NCBI RefSeq assembly: GCF_963921235.1 | Contig: NC_086108.1 | Location: 1,922,001-1,986,000, forward strand | DNA length: 64,000 nucleotides | DNA from: Mobula hypostoma | Taxonomy: Eukaryota | Direction of reading: 5' to 3' | Shown: positions 39,075 through 50,422 of the stretch, piece by piece | Numbering within the stretch: position 1 is the stretch's first letter | Layout of the letters: every line of letters starts with the position of its first letter | Made by a program: the position numbers and the translations under genes | The notes under the pieces: generated by a model | Database searches by the model: none | Seen by the model: only the letters and a program-made list of their open reading frames with translations | What the model was told of the DNA's origin: nothing

Positions 39075-39535
39075 ACACTTATAACTCAAGTCCTCCAGAC
39101 CCAGCAACATCCTTGTAAATTTACTCTACACTTTCAATCTTATTTACATTTTTCCTGTAGGTAGGTGACCAAAACTCCACACAATACTCCAGATTAGATC
39201 TCACCAATGTCTTATACAACATCAGCATAACATCCCATACATCCCATCTCCTGTACTCAGTGCTTTGATTTATGAAGGCCAACGTGCCAAAAGCTTTCTT
39301 TACAACCCTATCTACCTGTGATGCCACTTTCAAGGAACTATAGATCTGTATTCCCAGATCCCTCTGTTCTACCACATTCCTCAGTGCTACCACTTTCCAT
39401 GTAAGTCCTACCCTCATTTGGTCCCGCCAAAGTGCAACACCTCAAACACTTGTCTGCATTAAACTCCACCTGCCAATTTTGCATCTGGTCCAGATCCAGA
39501 TGCAAGCTCTGACCGTCTTCCTCACTGTCCACAGG
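39075..39535 (-). mobile_element. CR1 RT C-terminal fragment
   Basis: EQRDLGIQIYSSLKVASQVDRVVKKAFG, VRSNLEYCVEFWSP. Confidence 0.8.
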
Positions 39536-39559
39536 TTTGCTGATTCAGTTTACAAATGT

Positions 39560-40170
39560 TTATCAAAAGTCAGGAGGTTATGTTCCAACTTTATAAAACT
39601 CTGGTTTGGTCACATCTGGAGTATTGCACACAGTTCTGGTCACCCCACTATAGGAAGGATGTCGAGGCTTTACAGAGGGTGCAGAAGAGGTTTACCAGGA
39701 TGCTGTCTGGTTTTGAGGGCATGTGCTATCACGAGAGACTGGATAAACTTGGGTTGTTTTCTCTGGAGTGTCGGAGGCTGAGGGGAGATCTGAATGAGGT
39801 TTACAAGATTATGAGAGGCAGATCAAGTGGACAGAGAGTATCTGTTTCCCAGGGTAGAAAGGTCTAATACTAAAGGGCATGCATTGAAGATGGGGGTGGG
39901 GTAGGTTGAAGGGGGATGTGAGGGGTAAGTTTTTTACTCAAAGAGTGGTGGATGTCTGGAATGTGCTGCCTGGTCTGGTGGTAGAGGCAAATACATTAGA
40001 GGTTTTTAAGAGACGTTTGGATAGGCACGTGGATGTGAGGAAGATGGAAGGATGTGGACATGGTGTAGGGAGGAAGAATTCATGTTTGGGTGTTTTTGAT
40101 TTGCTTTTTAGCTGGTTCAGCACAACACTGTGGGCCGAATGGCCTGTTCCTGAGCTGTACTCTTCTATGT
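39560..40170 (+). mobile_element. CR1 3' fragment
   Basis: LYKTLVWSHLEYCTQFWSPHYRKD, RGKFFTQRVV, 3' UTR. Confidence 0.8.
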
Positions 40171-42264
40171 TTGCAAACTACAGTTTCCGTGGTAAAATTC
40201 TTGATTGTCAGTTCTCCACCTTCATTTACTTGGACATATTTTATTATTTACTACTGAACTTAAACTGCTGCAGTTTCTTATCCAAATGTTTACCTCCTGT
40301 TAAATGTAAACAGACACCATCAAAACACTCCCTGGATAGCAGCACCCTCCCTGCGGGGTGTCCCAAGTGACTCAGCTGATAATGAGAAGAATTTAAAACA
40401 ATTAACTTTGAGGGAATGTCCTGGGTTGCATTCTGCACGCTGGCCTGAGTCACCATTTGTGAAATGGGAAACTGATTGTGCTTTGCATTTTTGCACGCTG
40501 AGTCCCTGGGGGTTGTACACAGGAATAGGAATGTACACGTAAACCGGCCGTGCCTGGGCATGACCAGAGGCCAGGAGGAAGCCAATTCTAACAGGGGCTG
40601 GGCTGACCAACCCCACCATTGCTGGAGAGTGTGGAGGTTACAGACTCATACAGCACAGAAACTGGCCCTTTGGCCCAAATGGTCCATGCTGACTTACATT
40701 CAGAGTCAGGTTTAATATCACTGAACTGACACACAAAATGCTGGGGGAGCTCAGCATCGATGGAGAGAAATAGACAGTTGACTGGATCAGATTTGGGCCG
40801 AGACCCTTCATCATCATCATCTAAGTTAGTCTTATTTGCTCGCATTTGGTCCATATCCCTCTCAAGTTGAGCCATGGACCAAAACCATAAAGCAAGGAGT
40901 TGATGGGCCCAAGGTTGGGCACCCCTGCTCCAAACCTTCCCGATCCATATGTCTGCCTCAGCCAGCTCATTCCAAATACACACCGCTCTCTGGGTGAACA
41001 AATCTCTCCCTAATCACCTTTAAACCTGTGAGCTCCAGTTCTTGATTCCAGGCCTGGGGTAAAGACTGTGTGCTTTCACCCTTAGTGGTTTTATACACCT
41101 TCAGAGATGCACACCTCTGAATCCTATGCTCCAAGGAAAACGGTCCCAACCTGCTCAAGAAAACCCTCTTCAGCACACAGCTGGGTTTTTAATTTTGTTA
41201 AAGCTGGTGGTGGTAATGGGGATAAGCTCCCACTACCTACTAAATGCTCCCAATGACGTGCACCTCAAATAGCCTCTGACAACCAGCTCCTGGCCTTCAC
41301 GTGAGCCCGACAGAACCATTTCTACTGACGAGGGGTGTTACTGGCACTTTAAAACCAGTCACTTCGGGCAGATGGGGCTCATCAGCCGTGGTTGCCAGCT
41401 CAACCAGGAAAAGGAAAACTGACTGGCAACTCCTGCGACACCGCTCGTGCCAAGCTGTTCTGGTCTCTACTGTTCCTTTGGGTTCACCAGCTGTGTGGAG
41501 AAGGGGAGTTTGCTATGTGGGCAACAGCTTGCTCTCCATATCGAACTGCCCTGGCTTGTGTATCTAGACAGTTAGGATGCAACGTCCGTGGTCGACCCTG
41601 ACTGATGTAGGCCTTTGAGTTCCAACAACATTAAAAAAAGAAAAATTAATATTGACCATTGTTACAAAAACCACAAGGTTCAACAACAGCTTCTTCCCTA
41701 CCACCATCGGGTCTTGCACTGATCTGCAAACAAGTCCTGATGAAGGGTCTCAGCCCAAAATACCGGCTGTTTAGTTCTTTCCATAGATGCTACCCAAGCT
41801 AATGAGCTCCTCCAGCATTTTGTGTATGTTACTGTAAGGAGAAGTTAAATGTGATTCCTCCCTGGTACATGCTAAAATGCAATGGAAGTCTGTAAGGTGA
41901 AGTGCTGTTCGCCTGGAGTGGGATTGTTCGGAGAAAGTACACAGGAACCAATCCGCAGCAATGTTTTGAGAAAGTTAAGGGAGTTCAAGTCTATAGCCAT
42001 AACAGTGGAAAATGGTGCAATTCATGTTTTTTCACCGCAAGGCAAGGTCTTTGTGCAGGAGCAGGTACCAACTGCATGGAAAAGTACCAGTGTAAGGGGT
42101 TTTAAGAGGTAGAATTGGGGACCTCCTTGTTGCAAGAGAAGAGAGTTTTGTCCAAGGCTAGGTCACAGCTTGTGACTAGTGCTATGATAAGGAACAGTAC
42201 ATCGAAGAGAGTCAGAGTACATCGAATTGGAGTTAGACGGACTTGGAGAGAGGAGAGGCTGCGT

Positions 42265-42790
42265 GTATATTAAACAGTTAAATTATATAATTGGTGCAAA
42301 AAGTTAGTGAGGTAGTGTTCATGGTTCAGTGTCCATTCAGAAATCAGAGGGGAAGGAGCCGTTGAGTGTGTGTCTTCAGGCTCCTGTACCTCCTCCCTGA
42401 TGGTAACGGTGAGAGCAAGCCGTGACCTGGGTGGTGAGGGTGCTTAACGATGGACACCACCTTGCTAAGGCATGAGTCCTCGAAGGTCCTCGTGATGGAG
42501 CTGACTGAGTTCACAACCCTCTGCAGCTTACTTCAATCCTGTGCAGTAGCCCCCCACCCCCCCACCGCCATACCAGATGGTGATGCAGCCAGGGAGAATG
42601 CTCTGTGGACGTTTTTGAGTGCTGATAAAATATAGCTGCCGTGGCCTCCTTTATAACTGCATCGATATGGTGCGCCCAGGATACGTCCTCAGAAACAGCG
42701 AAACCCAGGAAGCTGCAACTACTCACTCTCTCCACTTCTGATCCCTCAATCAGGGACATCTCTGTTGGCATTCTCGAGGTCAGCTCACTT
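42265..42790 (-). mobile_element. Degenerate Rex1/Babar fragment
   Basis: IEGSEVERVSS..FLGFAVSEDVSWAHH; similar to 21515-23120. Confidence 0.6.
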
Positions 42791-42851
42791 AGACCATGAT
42801 GAGTATTATTTTCATTTCTGTACTGCTACTATTTACTACTGTAGAGATTTA

Positions 42852-43092
42852 AGCAACACACATCAAAGTTGCTGGTGAACGCAGCAGGCCAGGCAGCATC
42901 TCTAGGAAGAGGCACAGTCGACGTTTCAGGCCGAGACCCTTCGAAGGTCTGAATGAGTCCCGATGAAGGGTCTCGGCCCGAAACGATGACTGTACCTCTT
43001 CCTAGAGATGCTGCCTGGCCTGCTGCGTTCACCAGCAACTTTGATGTGTGTTGCTTGAAATTCCAACATCTGCAGAATTCCTGTTGTTTGCG
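42852..43092. mobile_element. Penelope-derived fold-back element, 14-bp TSD (1 mismatch)
   Basis: Inverted arms centred near 42950; ACTGTAGAGATTTA (42838-42851) and ACCGTAGAGATTTA (43093-43106). Confidence 0.88.
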
Positions 43093-43180
43093 ACCGTAGA
43101 GATTTATTTTATTTTAGTGTTGTATTTGTGCTAGTTCTATTAAAGAGTATTCTTGTGGCCTTGAACACATGTGTCATCTC

Positions 43181-45741
43181 AAGCAACACACATCAAAGTT
43201 GCTGGTGAACGCAGCAGGCCAAGCAGCATCTCTAGGAAGAGGTACAGTCAACGTTTCGGGCCGAGACCCTTCATCGGGACTAACTGAAGGAAGAGTGAGT
43301 AAGGGATTTGAAAGCTGGAGGGGGAGGGGGAGATGCAAAATGATAGGAGAAGACAGGAGGGGGAGGGATAGAGCCGAGAGCTGGACAGGTGATAGGCAAA
43401 AGGGGATACGAGAGGATCATGGGACAGGAGGTCCGGGAAGAAAGATGGGGGGGGGTGGTGACCCAGAGGATGGGCAAGAGGTATATTCAGAGGGACAGAG
43501 GGAGAAAAAGGAGAGTGAGAGAAAGAATGTGTGCATAAAAATGAGTAACAGATGGGGTACAAGGGGGAGGTGGGGCATTAGCGGAAGTTAGAGAAGTCAA
43601 TGTTCATGCCATCAGGTTGGAGGCTACCCAGACGGAATATAAGGTGTTGTTCCTCCAACCTGAGTGTGGCTTCATCTTTACAGTAGAGGAGGCCGTGGAT
43701 AGACATGTCAGAATGGGAATGGGATGTGGAATTAAAATGTGTGGCAACTGGGAGATTCTGCTTTCTCTGGCGGACAGAGCGTAGATATTCAGCAAAGCGG
43801 TCTCCCAGTCTGCGTCGGGTCTCACCAATATATAAAAGGCCACATCGGGAGCACCGGACGCAGTATATCACCCCAGTCGACTCACAGGTGAAGTGATGCC
43901 TCACCTGGAAGGACTGTTTGGGGCCCTGAATGGTGGTGAGGGAGGAAGTGTAAGGGCATGTGTAGCACTTGTTCCGCTTACACGGATAAGTGCCAGGAGG
44001 GAGATCAGTGGGGAGGGATGGGGGGGACGAATGGACAAGGGAGTTGTGTAGGGAGCGATCCCTGCGGAATGCAGAGAGAGGGGGGGAGGGAAAGATGTGC
44101 TTAGTGGTGGGATCCCGTTGGAGGTGGCGGAAGTTACGGAGAATAATATGTTGGACCCGGAGGCTGGTGGGGTGGTAGGTGAGGACCAGGGGAACCCTAT
44201 TCCTAGTGGGGTGGCGGGAGGATGGAGTGAGAGCAGATGTACGTGAAATGGGGGAGATGCGTTTAAGAGCAGAGTTGATAGTGGAGGAAGGGAAGCCCCT
44301 TTCTTTAAAAAATGAAGACATCTCCCTCGTCCTAGAATGAAAAGCCTCATCCTGAGAGCAGATGCGGCGGAGACGGAGGAATTGCGAGAAGGGGATGGCG
44401 TTTTTGCAAGAGACAGGGTGAGAAGAGGAATAGTGACTCTCACAGCTATCTGGACTATTCCTCTTCTCACCCTATCTCTTGCAAAAACGCCATCCCCTTC
44501 TCGCAATTCCTCCGTCTCCGCCGCATCTGCTCTCAGGATGAGGCTTTTCATTCTAGGACGAGGGAGATGTCTTCATTTTTTAAAGAAAGGGGCTTCCCTT
44601 CCTCCACTATCAACTCTGCTCTTAAACGCATCTCCCCCATTTCACGTACATCTGCTCTCACTCCATCCTCCCACCACCCCACTAGGAATAGGGTTCCCCT
44701 GGTCCTCACCTACCACCCCACCAGCCTCCGGGTCCAACATATTATTCTCTGTAACTTCCGCCACCTCCAACGGGATCCCACCACTAAGCACATCTTTCCC
44801 TCCCCCCCTCTCTCTGCATTCCGCAGGGATCGCTCCCTACACAACTCCCTTGTCCATTCGTCCCCCCCATCCCTCCCCACTGATCTCCCTCCTGGCACTT
44901 ATCCATGTAAGCGGAACAAGTGCTACACATGCCCTTACACTTCCTCCCTTACCACCATTCAGGGCCCCAAACAGTCCTTCCAGGTGAGGCATCACTTCAC
45001 CTGTGAGTCGACTGGGGTGATATACTGCGTCCGGTGCTCCCAATGTGGCCTTTTATATATTGGTGAGACCCGACGCAGACTGGGAGACTGCTTTGCTGAA
45101 CATCTACGCTCTGTCCGCCAGAGAAAGCAGAATCTCCCAGTGGCCACACATTTTAATTCCACATCCCATTCCCATTCTGACATGTCTATCCACGGCCTCC
45201 TCTACTGTAAAGATGAAGCCACACTCAGGTTGGAGGAACAACACCTTATATTCCGTCTGGGTAGCCTCCAACCTGATGGCATGAACATTGACTTCTCTAA
45301 CTTCCGCTAGGCCCCACCTCCCCCTCGTACCCCATCTGTTACTCTTTTTTATGCACACATTCTTTCTCTCACTCTCCTTTTTCTCCCTCTGTCCCTCTGA
45401 ATATACCTCTTGCTCATCCTCTGGGTCACCCCCCACCCCCCCATCTTTCTTCCCGGACCTCCTGTCCCATGATCCTCTCGTATCCCCTTTTGCCTATCAC
45501 CTGTCCAGCTCTTGGCTCTATCCCTCCCCCTCCTGTCTTCTCCTATCATTCTGGATCTCCCCCTCCCCCTCCCACTTTCAAATCCCTTACTCACTCTTCC
45601 TTCAGTTAGTCCTGACGAAGGGTCTCGGCCTGAAACGTCGACTGCGCCTCTTCCTAGAGATGCTGCCTGGCCTGCTGCGTTCACCAGCAACTTTGATGTG
45701 TGTTGCTTGAATTTCCAGCATCTGCAGAATTCCTGTTGTTT
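43181..45741. mobile_element. 2.56-kb fold-back Penelope insertion (two inverted copies of the GIY-YIG/3' half), 14-bp TSD
   Basis: ORFs 43578-44321(-) and 44567-45310(+) are near-identical 247-aa products; symmetry centre about 44433-44452; ACATGTGTCATCTC at 43167-43180 and 45742-45755. Confidence 0.95.
45608..45643 (+). ncRNA. Minimal hammerhead ribozyme motif in PLE 3' terminus
   Basis: AGTC-CTGACGA-AGG GTCTCGG CCT-GAAA-CG-TC-GACT. The same motif lies on the minus strand at 18018-18053 and 46931-46966. Confidence 0.75.
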
Positions 45742-46829
45742 ACATGTGTCATCTCCCTTTGTTTGCGAATATTTGGGAGAAAACCCTGAAATGAACCAGG
45801 AAAGAACACATGGTGAATTTTTAAATCATTTTTGTTTACAGTTACATTATTGTGGAATGCATCTCTGTGATCTAGTGTTGTTGTATTTATTCTGTTGTGT
45901 AACTTTTGTTAATGTAGGTTTATATTTGTAATGTGCTGTTGCTGCTGCAGAAAAGCTCATTAACATGCCGTTTATACCTTGGCGATAAACTTGTACTTGA
46001 AATGTAGCCAGTTCACCAATAAATTCTGCAACTAAAATATTTTAACGTTGGTCCCTTGTTCCTTTCTGATTCATCACCAAGAGGTTTCCACAAACAAAGG
46101 AGGCACTGTACACATGGAAAATGCTGTAAGAAATCACTTTAATAGTTATATAAAGAATGTAGAAAGAAAGAGAGTTAATAATGTTAAAAGATAAAATTAT
46201 ACTATCAACCAGTTCCCTAAGCCACTACACACAATGACCTGCCAGACGGAACTGCAGATGCCAACAGGTTTTCTACACACTTTCTCTCTCTCTGCCTCTC
46301 TCTCCCCTCTTTCTTTCCCTCTCTCTCCCCTCTTTCTTTCCCTCTCTCTCTTCCCCCTCCCTCTTTTTCTGTCTCTCGGTCTCTCCTCTCTCACTCACTC
46401 TCTTTCTCTCTGCCTGTCTGTCTCTCAGTCTCTCGAAGTCCTTATTGCCAGCTCTTACCATTAGTCACAATCCTGCCTAAAGGAAGATAACCCCTTGTAC
46501 AAAGAAATCGCCCCTTTTTATACCCTCCAATACCGTTTTCTCGAATCCTTTTCCAGACAAATACAATTGTCACCATTATCTACTCTCAAGGCTGTACACT
46601 GGCACTCACTCTCAGTTCTCTGAACAAGGCTGAGGTCTGGTTCCCTTGTACTTTCTCAAAACATTCCCACGTCCCAGACTAACACCAATTTGTCTAACAA
46701 CTTCCATTTTGTGTTACACATTTTCACATTTGACCATATTCCAAAGAGGAGTCGAATTTAACTCTTTCCTTACAAATGCGCAACAGGTCAGGCAGCAACT
46801 CTGGAAAGAAAGCCAACATCTCGATACAT

Positions 46830-47815
46830 CGCAAACACGAGGAAATCTGCAGATGCTGGAAATTCAGGCAACACACATCAAAGTTGCTGATGAACGCAGC
46901 AGGCCAGGCAGCATCTCTAGGAAGAGGTACAGTCGACGTTTCAGGCCGAGACCCTTCGTCAGGACTAACTGAAGGAAGAGTTAGTAAGAGATTTGAAAGT
47001 TGGAGGGGGAGGGGGAGATCCAAAATGATAGGAGAAGACAGGAGGGGGAGGGATGGAGCCAAGAGCTGGACAGGTGATTGGCAAAAGGAATACGAGAGGA
47101 TCATGGGACAGGAGGCCCAGGGAGAAGGAAAAGGGGGAGGGGGGGAAAATCCAGAGGATGGAGAGCAGGCAAGGAGTTATAGCGAGAGGGGCAGAGGGAG
47201 AAAAAAGAGAGAGAGGAAAAAGGGGGGGGGGGAATAAATAAATAAATAAATAAATAATGGATGGGGTACGAAGGGGATTAATGGAAGTTTAAGAAGTCAA
47301 TGTTCATGCCATCAAGTTGGAAGCTACCCAGACAGAATATAAGGTGTTGTTCCTCCAACCTGAGTGTGGCTTCATCTTTACAGTAGAGGAGGCCGTGGGT
47401 AGACATGTCAGAATGGGAATGGGATGTGGAATTAAAATGTGTGGCCGCTGGGAGATCCTGCTTTCTCTGGCGGACAGAGCGTAGGTGTTCAGCAAAGTGG
47501 TCTCCCAGTCTGTGTCGGGTCTTGCCAATGTATAGAAGGCTGCATCGGGAGCACCAGACGCAGTATATCACCCCAGTCGACTCACAGGTGAAGTGTCGCC
47601 TCACCTGGAAGGACTGTTTGGGGCCCTGAATGGTGGTAAGGGAGGAAGTGTAAGGGCATGTGTAGCACTTGTTCCGCTTACAAGGGTAAGTGCCAGGAGG
47701 GAGATCAGTGGGGAGGGATGGGAGGGATGAATGGACAAGGGAGTCGCGTAGGGAGTGATCCCCGGGGAAAGCAGAAAGAAGGGAGGAGGGAAAGATGTGC
47801 TTAGTGGTGGAATCC
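46830..47815 (-). mobile_element. 5'-truncated Penelope element (GIY-YIG + 3' terminus)
   Basis: ORF 47278-47604 VIYCVWCSRCSLLYIGKT; possible TSD CTCGATACAT/CTTGATACAT (46820-46829, 47816-47825). Confidence 0.88.
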
Positions 47816-48024
47816 CTTGATACATTGGTTTATTATGGTCACATGTACCAAGAACAGAGAAAAATTGTCATCCATACAGATCATATCAACACAGCCATTC
47901 GCTGAGGTAGTACAAGAAATGGGAAACAATAACAGAATGCAGAATAAGTGTTACGGTCACAGAGGAAGTACAGTGCAGGCAGACAGTAGGGTCAAAGTCA
48001 TAATGAGATAAATTGTGAGGTTAA

Positions 48025-48860
48025 TGGTGCCATGACAACTTCTCACTCAACTTCAAGAAAACCAAAGAGCTCACAGAAACTGGAGGTCAGGTGGAAGCGT
48101 AACTTTAAATTCCTCAGTGTTATCATTCAGAGAAACTGTCTTGGGACCGGCACGTAAGTATCATTACAAAGAAAGCACGTCAGCAGCACCTGTACTTTCT
48201 TAGAAGTTTTCATAGATTTAGCATGACATCTAAAACTTTGGCAAACTTCTACAGATGTGCAGTGGAGAGTGTACTGACTGGCTGCGTCACATCCTGGTAA
48301 GGAAACACCAATGCCCTTGAATGGAAAATCCTGCAGCAAGCAGTGGATGCAGCCCAGTCCATCATGGGTGAGGCCCTCCCCAGTATTGAGCACATCTACT
48401 TGATGTACTGTTGCAGGAAAACAATGTTCATCATCGGACCCCCACCATTCAGACCATGCTTGCTTATCGCTGCCGCCATCGCGGAGGAGGTACAGGAGCC
48501 TCAGGACTCACACCATCAGCTTCAGGAACAGTTATTATCCCTCGATCAGCGTGGATAACCTCACTCACCTCAACTCTGAATTGACTCCACAACCCACGCA
48601 CTCACTTTCGAGGACTCGTCAACTCACACTATTATTTATTTGTTTATTATTTTGTTCTTTGTTTTGTATTTGCACAATTTGCTGTCTTTTGCACACATTG
48701 TTAGTCCGTCTTTGTGTGCAGGTTTTCATTGATTCTTTTGTGTTACTTTGCCCGTAGGAAAGTGAATCCCAGGGTAGTATATGGTGCCGTGTATGTACTT
48801 TGTTACCCTAAATGCCAGCAGCATGATGATGATAATAAATTGACTTTGAACTTTGAACTC
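48025..48860 (+). mobile_element. Degenerate Rex1/Babar LINE 3' part
   Basis: LYFLRSFHRFSMTSKTLANFYRCAVESVLTGC; AATAAA followed by an (ACTTTGA)n tail. Confidence 0.7.
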
Positions 48861-49364
48861 GAGCCCATCTTATCCTACAGGAGGACCATTCAAAAGGCCG
48901 TTAACAGCGGGAGCCTGCTGGTATTTCCTTTCAAACATTTCTATGTTCTGCCCGATGGGAGGGGGAGAATGTCCAGGCAAAGTCGGGTCTCCGATGAGGC
49001 TGGCTGCTCTACTGAGGCAGTGAGAAGTACAGACGGGGTCCATGGAGGTGCTGATCTGTGTCCACAGCTCTCTCCAGTTTCCTGCACTCTGTAACCCCTT
49101 GCCGCCATTTTCCTACAGGGAAGGAATGGTCCTATCCAAACGCTCTCTGAATGTGACCCTAGGCCAACATCTTGTGGTTAGCAGTATGTCTTCTGATGGG
49201 CCAAATGGATTGTGATGGTTGAAGAATGTGATTTACCCCCTTCTACCCCTTCCCCCTTCACAAGAGGCAGCTGGGATCTTTATTAACCTCATCCTTTCTG
49301 AACAAGATATCTCAGCGCACGTCATATAAACATGAAAGTTTGCCCTTCGGCCCATCGAGTCTGA

Positions 49365-49765
49365 CCTGCCGTTCTTCCTTATCTCTGTTCCAAAGAGAAG
49401 ATCTTCAATTCTGAGGCTGTGCTCTTTGGTCCCTCTAGATTCCCCTGCTGTAGAAGACATGCTCTCCACAGCCAGTACTGAGGCCTTTCAACATTCAATG
49501 GAGATCCCTCCTGCCCCCCCCCTCCCAATTCTTCTGAACTCCAGCGAGTACAGGCCCAAAGCCATCAGATACATCAATCCTTTCATTCTGGGGGACAATT
49601 CTCATGAACCTCCACTGGACCCTCTCCAATTCCATCACGTACTTTCTCAGAAACCGCTCAGGACACTCCAAGTGCAGTCTGACCAATGCCTTATAAAGCT
49701 TCAGCATTACAGCCTTGCTTTTATATTCTAGACTTCTCTAAATGAATATTAACATTGCAATTCCA
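49365..49765 (-). mobile_element. CR1 3' fragment immediately upstream of the IkB promoter
   Basis: MLKLYKALVRLHLEC...LERVQWRF. Confidence 0.65.
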
Positions 49766-49899
49766 CTGAATTTAAAATATCTGCTGTAAAAAATTATTAG
49801 TTTGTAATGAAAGGAGACTTTTATAATTAAAAGTTTTAAAAACGTTAAAGGCTCTGAAAACAAACTTATGAATGAAGGTTTCAAGTTTGGATTTTTTTT

Positions 49900-50168
49900 T
49901 AAGTCTCCAACAGGGGAAATTGGGAAAAAGGAAATTTGTTTTTTTTTTGTTACAAAGTACAGTAATATAATTAGTCACATTCAGAAAGCACCCGGAGTCA
50001 CATGCTGGGTATTCCCCAGGTTAAAATTGGCCTGGAGAGGCGGGGTTAGAATGATAACGTCTGAGTGCGGTTCCACTTACGAAATCAGCCTCATTTTAGC
50101 AAAGTGTTCAGGAGCTTCGCACGTAGAGCCAGAGCTACTCGTGGTGGTAAACATCGGCTTTTGCCACA
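49900..50168 (+). promoter_or_regulatory. Putative promoter/5' UTR of the NFKBIA-like gene, with a kappaB-like site and GC box
   Basis: GGGTATTCCCC at 50007-50017 (minus strand GGGAATACCC fits GGGRNNYYCC loosely), GAGGCGGGG near 50037-50045, CpG-rich sequence leading into the ATG. TSS not determinable. Confidence 0.6.
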
Positions 50169-50422
50169 ATGGCCGAACTCTCCATCAATTTCAGGCGGCC
50201 CCATGAGTTTGACAGAAGTCGCGCTCATAAGCAGGGCAAGGGGCTGGACGCCAAAACCGGGCTGGAGGCCGAGCGACTGGACAGCGGCATTGACTCCATG
50301 CCGGAGGGCAGCGTGAGCAGCGTTACCGACCAAATGGACAACCTCAGTGTCAACTGTCAGAGCGGGGAAGAGCCGGCACCGTCCCACAACTGGACACAGT
50401 TCAGGAGTGAGGACGATGATAC
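50169..50422 (+). CDS. NFKBIA: NF-kappaB inhibitor alpha-like (IkBa), coding exon 1 of 6
   Basis: MAELS...ERLDSGIDSM (IKK/beta-TrCP degron, 50280-50297), NES-like VTDQMDNLSV, ends SEDDD(T); donor GTGAGT at 50423, phase 2. Confidence 0.9.

Noticed and set aside
41833..46717. LTR-like segments at about 41833-42270 and 46125-46717 (also about 56350-56700 and 9627-9857)
   Set aside because: Composition and some TG/CA ends are suggestive, but no convincing LTR-type TSD or internal coding sequence was found.
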